The notes under the pieces are model-generated. The model saw only the letters and a list, made by a program, of their open reading frames with translations. It made no database searches and was not told the DNA's origin. The position numbers and the translations under genes were made by a program. A stretch of 64,000 bases of DNA from Marine Group II euryarchaeote MED-G37 (GTDB lineage: Archaea; Thermoplasmatota; Poseidoniia; Poseidoniales; Thalassarchaeaceae): contig NTJQ01000004.1 of assembly GCA_002457555.1 (NCBI GenBank), forward strand, positions 24,860-88,859, given 5' to 3'. This document shows, piece after piece, positions 38,288-46,922 of the stretch (the stretch's first letter is position 1; the number at the start of each line of letters is the position of its first letter).

Positions 38288-39637
38288 TTACGGCCTTAAC
38301 TTGGCCTTTGCAGTCTGAACATGAGGGTCTTCAGGAGAATTTTTCATCGCTACTTCCAACATTCTATCGACTGCTGCGACTCTACCTATTCTTTGTAATA
38401 ACGCACCAACAGGATAGATTAGTTTTGTTCGGTCACCAAGATGAGGCCCTACCTCGTCCAACAATACCGTGCACTGTGCCATGTTACGGCTCTTTGCAGC
38501 TTCCATGGCCTCTTTGACTTTCATTGCAACATCCCGATTGGACCATTCTTCCTGCTGAGGCCAAGGCCAAATTCCGTTACTCATAGATTGGTCTTCGCCA
38601 AAATTTGCTTCTTCGATATGAGGTAATTTCGGTATTTTAGGTATCTTAGGGGGTGTTGGCATGGGGGGAACGATTGGTTCCGGTGTGTTACCATCGAATA
38701 CGGCGTCCATTGGGTCTACCGGCCTAGCCGACACTGGTGGAGGAAGGGGTAATCCCGCTGGTGTAGAAGGTACTGCGATTGGCGTAGGCGGCGCGGGTTC
38801 TGGCTCAGCAACTATTTCTTCCTCAATTTCGGGTTCTACTGCTTCTTCTATCGCCAACTCAGTGTCTACAATTCGAGAAACTAATTCTGCTTTGGTTCCA
38901 GAGGTTGCTAGACCTTTTTTCGAGGCTATTTCGACCAGTTCAATCTTCTTTAGACTGAATAATTTTTCTTCCTCACTAATCTCCTCTGCTTCTTCTTCCA
39001 ATTCTGGAGTTGTCTCTTCTTCCGCCGTCTCCTCGGCTTGATGCTCAACTTCTGATATTTGCTCCGTATCCAAAAGCTCACCATCGTCATCCGATTTTTT
39101 AGTAGCCGAAACAATCGGCGGGGCCTCTGGTGAGGTTGTAATTGGTTGAATCAATTCTACTTGCTGAGGTTTGACTTCATCTAGCGGTTCTAATTCTGTT
39201 TCAGGAACCTCAAATTTCGTTACGAATTTTGGAGCGTCTGCAGATGTCAATTGGTAATCTTCCTCCTCGTCTTCATCAGCAGGATCTGGGTGGTCGACGG
39301 TCATTGCAAAGGTTGGGTTATTACTGAGTTTGATTCCATCATCATCGCCGTATTGTTCGACATCTATTGTAACGTCATCCATGGTGAAGGTGCCCTTTGA
39401 CCAGTCGATTACTTGGTCCTCTTCATCTTCCTCAACATCAGCGAGTAGTTCATCGAATAAGCTTCCGGCTTCCTCCTCATCAACCGATGCGACTTGTTCA
39501 AAGCCGGCCTTCCCTAATTGATACATACATTGGGAGCATTCCAATGCATCTTCGGGATTTTTTGTTTGACAAAGGGGGCATTCTATGGTTGGACCGGCTT
39601 CTTTCTTGCGCCATCCTTTGAACTTGTCAAATACCAT
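38288..39637 (-). CDS. Acidic protein with N-terminal zinc ribbon, central SAP-like DNA-binding motif, Pro-rich linker and helical C-terminal domain
   Basis: 449 aa. CPLCQTKNPEDALECSQC (CxxC-x11-CxxC). LKKIELVEIASKKGLATSGTKAELVSRIV matches the SAP consensus L..L.V.EL...L..RGL...G.KAELI.RL. Pro-rich tract PAPPTPIAVPSTPAGLPLPPPV. Confidence 0.7.
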   Translation of the reverse strand: MVFDKFKGWRKKEAGPTIECPLCQTKNPEDALECSQCMYQLGKAGFEQVASVDEEEAGSLFDELLADVEEDEEDQVIDWSKGTFTMDDVTIDVEQYGDDDGIKLSNNPTFAMTVDHPDPADEDEEEDYQLTSADAPKFVTKFEVPETELEPLDEVKPQQVELIQPITTSPEAPPIVSATKKSDDDGELLDTEQISEVEHQAEETAEEETTPELEEEAEEISEEEKLFSLKKIELVEIASKKGLATSGTKAELVSRIVDTELAIEEAVEPEIEEEIVAEPEPAPPTPIAVPSTPAGLPLPPPVSARPVDPMDAVFDGNTPEPIVPPMPTPPKIPKIPKLPHIEEANFGEDQSMSNGIWPWPQQEEWSNRDVAMKVKEAMEAAKSRNMAQCTVLLDEVGPHLGDRTKLIYPVGALLQRIGRVAAVDRMLEVAMKNSPEDPHVQTAKAKLRP

Positions 39638-39773
39638 CTCAAGTCCCCAAAGATGAGTCCTTTCGGCCGCGTTCTGCGTATAACCCTCACGTCCTGTTGT
39701 AAACTACATTCTTCAGCGATTAGGATTCCAATGTTTGCGAAATCTGATGTGTCGCCACTGTTGCAGGGGTGAT

Positions 39774-41696
39774 ATGGCATCTGGCGGTAGGCTCCCTGCG
39801 AGGTTCACTCGTAGCCAAGATCACCATGAGACATATCTGCCATTAATTCAATGGGAATTGGACGATGAATTAGATTCAACCGATGAAAGATTGCGTAATT
39901 GGTCGCGCACGAAGTTGGCCTCTCACGGGTTGGCTCTATTCGATTTGAGAGCTCGACCGGATGGATGGCTATTCGGTCAGAGAATTGTCAAACTGGAGTT
40001 AGACGGTCGGGCAAATATGGGTCAACACCGATTTCGTCAGGGAGACATAGTCATGTTGAGTCGAGGTGACCCCATCGGTGAGAAACCGATTGAGGCAATA
40101 GTATCGGATCGTTCACGGAATCGTATTAGAATCGTCTTGCCGGAATTACCGAGCGGAATTCGTAGTGGGTATTGGAGGATAGATAGAGCGGCCAATAAAG
40201 TGGCCTTCGATCGAATGCGTGATGCTCTTAATTCGATCTTTGCAGAGGAAGGAGGAGCGCCTCTAAGAGACCTGCTTCTTGGATTGGTTCACGACCCCAT
40301 TGGAACGGCAGGGCTAGGTCCAGAATTAGGTGGAGCTAATAGAAGGCCAGCGAGCAGACCTGAGGGTCTCAATGAATCACAACAGGTCGCCTGCGATGCT
40401 GCAATATCTGAACGCCTTACCTTAATTCAGGGGCCCCCTGGCACTGGAAAAACCCATACTGCAGTACGTATTTTGCAATCCTGGTCGAGTCAAAATGTTG
40501 GAACAATTCTTGCTGTTGCTGATTCAAATGTAGCGGTAGACAATCTCCTAGAAGGGCTTCTTGGACTAGGAGTAAGTGCGGTTAGACTTGGTCAGCCGGT
40601 CAAGGTAAGGGAATCATTACGCGAAGCTACGGTCGATGCTCAGATGGAAAATCATCCACTTCGTCGTGACCTCGAGGAGCATTTGGAATTGAATGAAAAA
40701 TTATCACGTCGTATTCCTGGGATGAAGGGTAAAGAAAAGGGATTGGCACACCGAGATTTGAATCGAGGTTGGAAGGAGGTTCGGAGAATTGAACGACAAA
40801 TGCGCGACGATATTTTGGATCGAGCGCAGGTGCTCTGTTGCACTTGTATCGGTGTAGGCCACCGACTATTGGAAGGAAGGAAATTTACTCGTGTTTTGCT
40901 TGATGAGGCGACTCAAGCAACAGAACCCGCCAGCCTTGTTCCTCTTGTTCGAGGAGCAAGACAAATCGTCTTGGTTGGAGACCATCGACAATTACCACCA
41001 ACAGTAATTAGCCGTAGGGCAGAAAACGGCGGGCTGAGGCGCTCTTTATTCGAAAGGCTGGTTGCTATGGGCATCGAACCGAAACTTCTAGACACCCAAT
41101 ATAGAATGCATCCTGCAATCTCTGATTTCCCTAATCGGACCTTCTACGAAGGAAAGCTAGTCGATGGTATCGCTGCAACCGACAGGCCCAATCCGGCAGG
41201 GCTACTATGGAATGATTGGGAAGTACCAATAGCATTTCTGCCAGTTAATGGAGATGAGATTCTCTCAGCAGACGGAGCCTCTAAGGAGAATCCATCGGAA
41301 GCTGGTTGGGCGGCTAGAATTCTCGAAAGTCTTCTAGAACCAGGAGATCTAAATCAATCTGATATTGGAATTATTACACCTTACGCTGGTCAAGTGAGAG
41401 CGATTCGTGATGCCCTTCCTGAACGAAATGATTCTGTGGAGGTTCACACTGTTGATGGTTATCAAGGAAGGGAAAAAGAAGTAATCATATTTTCCTGTGT
41501 ACGCTCAAATCCCGATGGAAACGTTGGATTCCTCGCCGATCCACGTCGCCTAAATGTCGCTTTGACTCGGGCCAAGCGAGGGTTAATCGTAATTGGAGAC
41601 CCAGACACTTTGCGAAATGATGAGACTTGGGCATCTTGGTTAGAACACATACGCAGTCGTAACCTTGAGGCGTGGCACATTCTCGGGATGGCTTGA
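39774..41696 (+). CDS. SF1B helicase of the Upf1-like family (IGHMBP2/SMUBP-2/Hcs1-like architecture)
   Basis: Motifs GPPGTGKTHT (I), DEATQATEP (II), LVGDHRQLPPTV (III), QYRMHPAISDFPNRTFYEGKL (IV), VDGYQGREKEVIIFSCVRSN (V) and NVALTRAKRGLIVIGD (VI), plus an N-terminal beta-barrel region. The start is taken at ATG 39774; the track start 39735 is TTG. Confidence 0.9.
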   Translation: MASGGRLPARFTRSQDHHETYLPLIQWELDDELDSTDERLRNWSRTKLASHGLALFDLRARPDGWLFGQRIVKLELDGRANMGQHRFRQGDIVMLSRGDPIGEKPIEAIVSDRSRNRIRIVLPELPSGIRSGYWRIDRAANKVAFDRMRDALNSIFAEEGGAPLRDLLLGLVHDPIGTAGLGPELGGANRRPASRPEGLNESQQVACDAAISERLTLIQGPPGTGKTHTAVRILQSWSSQNVGTILAVADSNVAVDNLLEGLLGLGVSAVRLGQPVKVRESLREATVDAQMENHPLRRDLEEHLELNEKLSRRIPGMKGKEKGLAHRDLNRGWKEVRRIERQMRDDILDRAQVLCCTCIGVGHRLLEGRKFTRVLLDEATQATEPASLVPLVRGARQIVLVGDHRQLPPTVISRRAENGGLRRSLFERLVAMGIEPKLLDTQYRMHPAISDFPNRTFYEGKLVDGIAATDRPNPAGLLWNDWEVPIAFLPVNGDEILSADGASKENPSEAGWAARILESLLEPGDLNQSDIGIITPYAGQVRAIRDALPERNDSVEVHTVDGYQGREKEVIIFSCVRSNPDGNVGFLADPRRLNVALTRAKRGLIVIGDPDTLRNDETWASWLEHIRSRNLEAWHILGMA

Positions 41697-41704
41697 GGAT
41701 ACCC

Positions 41705-42280
41705 ATGGCGGACCACGACTCTCCGATATCTCTGCAGGGCGGAGGTACTCTTGCAAAACAAATTGTAACGGCTGAGGAAGGTGGCCATTGGCCAGTTCCA
41801 GAGGGCACAATTTTAGCATCAGGAGTACGTAGAATCGCTGCATTGTGTGTAGATGTTGTGATAGTCACTACTATCCTATCGGTCGCCAGTAGAGGTCGAA
41901 TTATTGATGCATGGAATCTCACTCTCTGGGGCTCTTCCAACTTTCATTATGCACTAGCAATGGCGTCATTGATTTTCGTTGCACATTGGTTGTACTGGCG
42001 GTTGACTGGACTAAGGTATTCTCGCTCATTAGGTCAGAGAATGTTCGGTATCGCTGTACTTTCCGAGGATGGTTCAGCGATGACAAGCAAAATGTGGGAT
42101 CAACGCGCCTTGAGGAAGCTGATTTTTCTAATTCCAATCATAAACATAGTACAAGGTATTCAAGAGTTAATGCGAATATCCCAAAGGCATACTCACCAAT
42201 CCAATATTGATCTACACGTCGGCTCGATAGTTGCACATGCAGATTCACTACCTCCCGCAAATAGGAAGCACATCAAGTGA
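41705..42280 (+). CDS. RDD-family membrane protein
   Basis: GVRRIAALCVDVVIV...WLYWRLTGLRYSRSLGQRMFGIAVLSEDG fits the RDD-domain pattern. The start is at ATG 41705, just after the helicase stop; the track start 41672 overlaps the helicase. Confidence 0.62.
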   Translation: MADHDSPISLQGGGTLAKQIVTAEEGGHWPVPEGTILASGVRRIAALCVDVVIVTTILSVASRGRIIDAWNLTLWGSSNFHYALAMASLIFVAHWLYWRLTGLRYSRSLGQRMFGIAVLSEDGSAMTSKMWDQRALRKLIFLIPIINIVQGIQELMRISQRHTHQSNIDLHVGSIVAHADSLPPANRKHIK

Positions 42281-42293
42281 GGAGGGTCAACGT

Positions 42294-42947
42294 TTGGCTG
42301 CAGATTCCCAAATAATTTCTCCCACGGCCCAATCGATAGTTGCTTCTGGGGGTTGTATTGTCTACCCTACCTCCACCCAACCAGCTCTAGGTTGCCGACC
42401 AACAAACACCGCCCTGGATGATTTGTATGCAATTAAAAACAGGTCATCCCTTATGCCCGTAAGTATTGGTGTGGCCGATTTGGAACAGGCTTCTGACCTG
42501 GTTGAGTTAACCGATGAGATTCCGGATCTGTTGGCTTCATTTCCAGAGGGCTCTCTAACTTTAGTACTTCCAGCAAAAGAGACTCTCGATAGTCGGCTGG
42601 GTGGGGATAAAATTGCCATACGAGTCGTCTCTCATCCTGTCGCAAAAGCATTACTGCGAGCCACAGGTCCGCTTACAGCAACCTCCGCGAACATTAGTGG
42701 TACGGAACCGGAGTCAAGTTGTACTGATGCTGTTGATATTTTAGAAAAAGCCGGTCATAAAGTTGGTTTAGTGGAAGGAAACACGCCCGGAGGCTCGCCC
42801 AGTACTTTGATAGCATGGTATTCGGTCTGTGATTCATCCGATAACGCGAGCATAGAGGTGCTGAGAGAAGGAATAGTCCCGACTGATGAGGTTTTGTTAT
42901 GGTGGAAGAGTCGGATCTCAAACAATGGCGAGACGCCGGGCATGTAG
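42294..42947 (+). CDS. tsaC: L-threonylcarbamoyladenylate synthase (YrdC/Sua5/TsaC family, YrdC domain only)
   Basis: GGCIVYPTSTQPALGCRPTN, LYAIKNRSSLMPVSI and TATSANISG motifs. The likely start is TTG 42294, preceded by GAGGAGGG 7 nt upstream and directly after the RDD stop. The longest ORF starts at 42231. Confidence 0.78.
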   Translation: MAADSQIISPTAQSIVASGGCIVYPTSTQPALGCRPTNTALDDLYAIKNRSSLMPVSIGVADLEQASDLVELTDEIPDLLASFPEGSLTLVLPAKETLDSRLGGDKIAIRVVSHPVAKALLRATGPLTATSANISGTEPESSCTDAVDILEKAGHKVGLVEGNTPGGSPSTLIAWYSVCDSSDNASIEVLREGIVPTDEVLLWWKSRISNNGETPGM

Positions 42948-43915
42948 CTCGACGAACCCTTGAAGGAATCAAAGGAGAGATTGTCGCAGGTAAGGCTTGG
43001 GATGATGTTATTGACTCAGCAGAGCGGTTCATCCGTAGGCACGGAGGAACGCCGGCCTTCCCTGTGACTATTTCTGTAAATGATATTGCCGCCCATTACA
43101 CAAGTGACCATCGACTTACTGCTCCTGAGGGTTGGGAGGATGAGATGGTTTTCCGGAAAGGTGACTTGGTGAAACTCGATGTTGGAGTTCATGTTGCTGG
43201 AGCAATTGCAGATAATGCCATGACGATTGAAGTTGGCAATGGCGGCAAACACACAGAGCAAATTAAGGCCGCACGAGAGGCTAGGGATGCTTCGATCGAA
43301 AAGATGCATCCTGGGACACCTTGGTGGGAAATCGGTAAGGCTGCGGGCCAAGTCCACCAAGACGCTGGATTCGAACCAATTCGCAATCTTTGCGGACATG
43401 AGTTGAACCGCTGGAATCTACATGCTGGTACATCGATTCCATCCTACGATATCGGTCCAAACGACGCGGCCGGATTCAAAGGCGAGGTAGAATTAGGTTC
43501 GATATACGCAGTTGAGCCGTTTAACACAACAGGAAAATCAGGTATGGTTGAGAATATCCCTCCTAGTAATTCCAGTAATATCTACAGGGTCACTGGAAAC
43601 ATAACAATACGCAAGGCAATGGCGAAAAATAAACTCAAACCAATCGGTGCAACAATGGCGAGGTACATCGAAGAGCGCTACCATACCCTTCCATTTGCTG
43701 AACGATGGGCATATCCTCTGCTAGAGAAGCCATTCCCTGGAGAGGATGAAAAAATTCTACGCAAGAAATGGAATGCATTAGCTAAGAAATTAATCTCAAT
43801 TAGATTCCTCGAAACATATACTGCTCTACGCTGCCAAGATCGAGGACTAGTGGGTCAATACGAGCATACAGTTTGGATTACTGAAGGCGGTCCCGAGGTA
43901 CTTACAGTCGAATGA
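42899..43915 (+). CDS. map: Methionine aminopeptidase, type 2 (archaeal)
   Basis: 338 aa. NDIAAHYT, KLDVGVHVAGAIADNAMT, CGHELNRWNLHAGTSIP, YAVEPFNTTG and EHTVWIT metal-ligand motifs, with the type-2 helical insertion. Confidence 0.93.
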   Translation: MVEESDLKQWRDAGHVARRTLEGIKGEIVAGKAWDDVIDSAERFIRRHGGTPAFPVTISVNDIAAHYTSDHRLTAPEGWEDEMVFRKGDLVKLDVGVHVAGAIADNAMTIEVGNGGKHTEQIKAAREARDASIEKMHPGTPWWEIGKAAGQVHQDAGFEPIRNLCGHELNRWNLHAGTSIPSYDIGPNDAAGFKGEVELGSIYAVEPFNTTGKSGMVENIPPSNSSNIYRVTGNITIRKAMAKNKLKPIGATMARYIEERYHTLPFAERWAYPLLEKPFPGEDEKILRKKWNALAKKLISIRFLETYTALRCQDRGLVGQYEHTVWITEGGPEVLTVE

Positions 43916-44156
43916 TATTGTTAATTCTTGACGACCATGCAAACAAATCTAATATATTGATGAAATCAATAAACTGCACCTCAGTGTGGCGTTATTGGGG
44001 CATAGAGGTTCATTTCACACAACGATTAATTATCGTCTGCTGCAAAGTTATACCGTACGGGGCCGTTGAGGTTCTCGCTGAGTGCATCCCATCCCCTCGC
44101 TTTTGTCTCTCGCCCTGTACACCTATTCGGGGTACGCGAAGGCTTTCTCCAATGGT

Positions 44157-45089
44157 TTAGGATTCTAAATTTTCGATTGAGGGTGTTGATCCCTCAGTAG
44201 CTCCAAAGAGTGTAACTGAAATAATTGCAGCGAAGATGAGTACCATTCCTGTAGATTGTTGTATAGATGGAGTTTCATTGAGTATAATGATACCCCAAAT
44301 GATGGTCAGTACCGGTTGCAAAAGCACTGCGAAAGAGGTGTGGGCGGCGGGGAGTCTGGGGAGAGCGTAGGTAATAGCAATCCAACCGATTACTTGGCAA
44401 AATATTGCTAGAAATAGCAGCCAACCATGACTCGGCCAAGTGATGGAATGATTGATGGCTTCGATTCCTAAAGATGTTGGAGGCATAGTGCCTAGAATTA
44501 GAATCCCAAGAGTTGCTCCGGCGGTTGCGTCGAATTGTGCATTTACTGCTGGCGCCGCAATCCTATTCGATTGACGATAGGCGATTAAGAAGGAGGAATA
44601 GAACACCGCTGCTACCATTCCTCCGATTACGCCCTTTACGGGATCTTCACCAAAGGGAGCGTCGTCCCAGATTCCAGAAATAAGTAATAATCCCAGCATT
44701 ACCATTGGTAATGAAAGAAGAATGAAGCGATTAGGGCGTTCTCCAAATAGCCACCAACTCGCCAATGTGACGATAATTACCTGAGAGTTACCAATCATTG
44801 TTGCAATTCCGCTACCAATATAATCGATAGCAGTGTGATATCCTGCGAAATCGATTGCTAATAGAATCCCTGCGCCAAACGCCAGCCATCGAGAATTTGT
44901 ATCTCTAGCGTCTTCCTTTTTCGATACCAATACCAATACTCCCAGGATAGGGAGAGCGTAGAACATTCGATAGAATGCACCGGTTAATGCGGTCGTATCA
45001 GAACGAATATACAACAGAGGAGCGAAGGAAATCGCCGTAGCACCTGCGAGTGCGATAATCATAGTGCGACGGTCTTCCACCGTCGCCAT
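44157..45089 (-). CDS. EamA/DMT-superfamily transporter
   Basis: 310 aa with about 10 hydrophobic helices in two similar halves, typical of EamA-domain permeases. Confidence 0.75.
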   Translation of the reverse strand: MATVEDRRTMIIALAGATAISFAPLLYIRSDTTALTGAFYRMFYALPILGVLVLVSKKEDARDTNSRWLAFGAGILLAIDFAGYHTAIDYIGSGIATMIGNSQVIIVTLASWWLFGERPNRFILLSLPMVMLGLLLISGIWDDAPFGEDPVKGVIGGMVAAVFYSSFLIAYRQSNRIAAPAVNAQFDATAGATLGILILGTMPPTSLGIEAINHSITWPSHGWLLFLAIFCQVIGWIAITYALPRLPAAHTSFAVLLQPVLTIIWGIIILNETPSIQQSTGMVLIFAAIISVTLFGATEGSTPSIENLES

Positions 45090-45098
45090 CTAATCGCC

Positions 45099-45431
45099 TC
45101 ACTCAGAGGCTGCATCGCCATCGGCAATCATTTGCTGAAGCTCTCCAGATTGAGACATTTCGAGCGCAATATCAGACCCGCCGATGAGTTCTCCGTGAAT
45201 GTATATTTGAGGCATTGTTGGAAAGTCTGCCCAAGTACAAACGGATGGGATTGCTCGTGGGTCAGCGAGTATATTCACACTTGCGAAAGGTTCGCCGAGC
45301 TGATTCAATACCATTGCAGCCCTATTGCTAAATCCGCATTGTGGTTGTTCTGGTGTTCCTTTCATGAAGAGAACTATTCGGTGTTCGTTAACTAGGGCAT
45401 CAAGTTCGTCTGGGGTCCAATTAAAACTCAT
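45099..45431 (-). CDS. grxD: Monothiol glutaredoxin (CGFS / Grx4 family)
   Basis: VLFMKGTPEQPQCGFSNRAAMVLNQLG...PQIYIHGELIGGSDI. The start is taken at ATG 45431 (MSFNWTPDELD), 5 nt after the BolA stop; the track start is 45503. Confidence 0.9.
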   Translation of the reverse strand: MSFNWTPDELDALVNEHRIVLFMKGTPEQPQCGFSNRAAMVLNQLGEPFASVNILADPRAIPSVCTWADFPTMPQIYIHGELIGGSDIALEMSQSGELQQMIADGDAASE

Positions 45432-45435
45432 TATA

Positions 45436-45765
45436 TCACTCCTGATCAGGTCGGCGGATATGCACTCCAAAGAATTGCATTTCTTTTTCCCCATGGGGGT
45501 CAAAAGAGGTATCTCCTGAATTCTCTGCCTGCTCTGGTGTCATGCATTTCAAATCCAAGGCGTGCACGGTGTTTTGTGCAATAAATGGCTTGAAGTGGCT
45601 AAGAATCGGTCGTTGTCTCTGTAATGGACGAACTCCTTCGTAACTCTCTGATATCACTCGAACATGGAAGTGGTCGCCACTCCCGTGCAAGTCCTTGGCT
45701 TCTACGATAGCATCTGGAACTACTTTCAGAACTTCCTCTACTACCCACTGCTCCGTGACCATCAA
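45436..45765 (-). CDS. bolA: BolA-family protein
   Basis: 109 aa. DLHGSGDHFHVRVISESYEGVRPLQRQRPI...VHALDLKCMTPEQ matches BolA (GDGxHxxVxVVSxxFxGxxxLxRHR). Located immediately upstream of the CGFS glutaredoxin. Confidence 0.8.
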   Translation of the reverse strand: MMVTEQWVVEEVLKVVPDAIVEAKDLHGSGDHFHVRVISESYEGVRPLQRQRPILSHFKPFIAQNTVHALDLKCMTPEQAENSGDTSFDPHGEKEMQFFGVHIRRPDQE

Positions 45766-45813
45766 TCGCCTGCTCGGGTCGCTGTGATTTTAATGCTCGC
45801 GCGGATGAACCAA

Positions 45814-46545
45814 TCAAAGACCCATGGCCGCATTGATTTCTGCGAGATTTTCTGCGATGCTGGCTTTGTCATTGATGAGACCGCTTCCAACGACTGCCAC
45901 ATCGATTCCCCAATCTGAAACCATGGCGGAGTTATGATGCTTGATACCACCATCAATCATCAATTTTGTTGCTCTTCCACCATCGTTTATCTGTCGGTCG
46001 ATGGCTGTACGGAATTCTCGTACCTTGCCTTCTACTTCTGGCATGAAAGATTGGCCTCCCTTTCCGGGAACTACTGACATCACCAATACTAGGTCTAAGT
46101 CTGTGAGATAAGGTAGGATTGAATTTACGGGAGTATCTGGATTTAGGACTAAACCTACCTGACAGCCAGCCGCGTGTATAGAGGAAATTAGTGCCCCGGG
46201 GTTGTCGATGGCTTCGATGTGAGCGATTACTAGGTCTACGCCTGCCTCGACGTACTGCGTCCATGTTTGTTCGGCGTTTGTTATCATTAAGTGACAGTCG
46301 ATAAAGACATTCGGACCAAGCCTATTTCGGATAGAGCGAATCAACGCGGGTCCGAATGTGATTGTTTTGTTGACAACCCAATTACCGTCCATTACGTCCA
46401 TGTGAATCCAATTTATTCCCGCGTCTACTGCTTCTTTCAATGTCTCACCGAGACGGGAGAAATCCGCTGTCAGAATGCTTGGAGTGATTTCGATGATGCT
46501 CCCCTCATTGTTCGCGAGTGGAAGGGGGTTCTCAACAGTTATCAC
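45814..46545 (-). CDS. rpe: Ribulose-phosphate 3-epimerase
   Basis: 243 aa. ITPSILTADFSRLGE, IHMDVMDGNWV, HLM and MSVVPGKGGQSF motifs. Confidence 0.93.
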   Translation of the reverse strand: MITVENPLPLANNEGSIIEITPSILTADFSRLGETLKEAVDAGINWIHMDVMDGNWVVNKTITFGPALIRSIRNRLGPNVFIDCHLMITNAEQTWTQYVEAGVDLVIAHIEAIDNPGALISSIHAAGCQVGLVLNPDTPVNSILPYLTDLDLVLVMSVVPGKGGQSFMPEVEGKVREFRTAIDRQINDGGRATKLMIDGGIKHHNSAMVSDWGIDVAVVGSGLINDKASIAENLAEINAAMGL

Positions 46546-46604
46546 TCAAACTAAGATACTAGCATTGATAAAACCGCTATCCTCACAGACTATGGGGCGA
46601 CATA

Positions 46605-46922
46605 ATGGGAAGGCTGATTGAAGCAAGGGATAGTGATTTTGACACGGTAACAGCGAGCGATGAATGGGTCTTAGTTGACTTCTGGGCGCCTTGGTGTGGA
46701 CCATGTAAGATGATTGCACCTGTACTTGAGCAATTATCTGGTGAACGAGAGATGACAATCGCAAAAGTCAACACCGACATTAACCCTCTATCGGCTGGAA
46801 AATTTGGTATTCGTGGAATTCCAGCCTTGCTTCTATTCCACAACGGACAATTGGTCGATCAGCAGGCTGGAGCCATGCCAAAACCAATGTTTGACCAATG
46901 GCTTGATAGACACATGGCATAA
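46605..46922 (+). CDS. trxA: Thioredoxin
   Basis: 105 aa. VDFWAPWCGPCKMIAP active site and GIRGIPALLLF. Confidence 0.95.
   Translation: MGRLIEARDSDFDTVTASDEWVLVDFWAPWCGPCKMIAPVLEQLSGEREMTIAKVNTDINPLSAGKFGIRGIPALLLFHNGQLVDQQAGAMPKPMFDQWLDRHMA

Noticed and set aside
43912-44160. 82-aa ORF in the map / EamA convergent gap
   Set aside because: Its composition is Cys/Ile-rich and unlike its neighbours, with no motif and no SD. The region more likely holds terminators, for example the ACGAT-TAATT-ATCGT hairpin.
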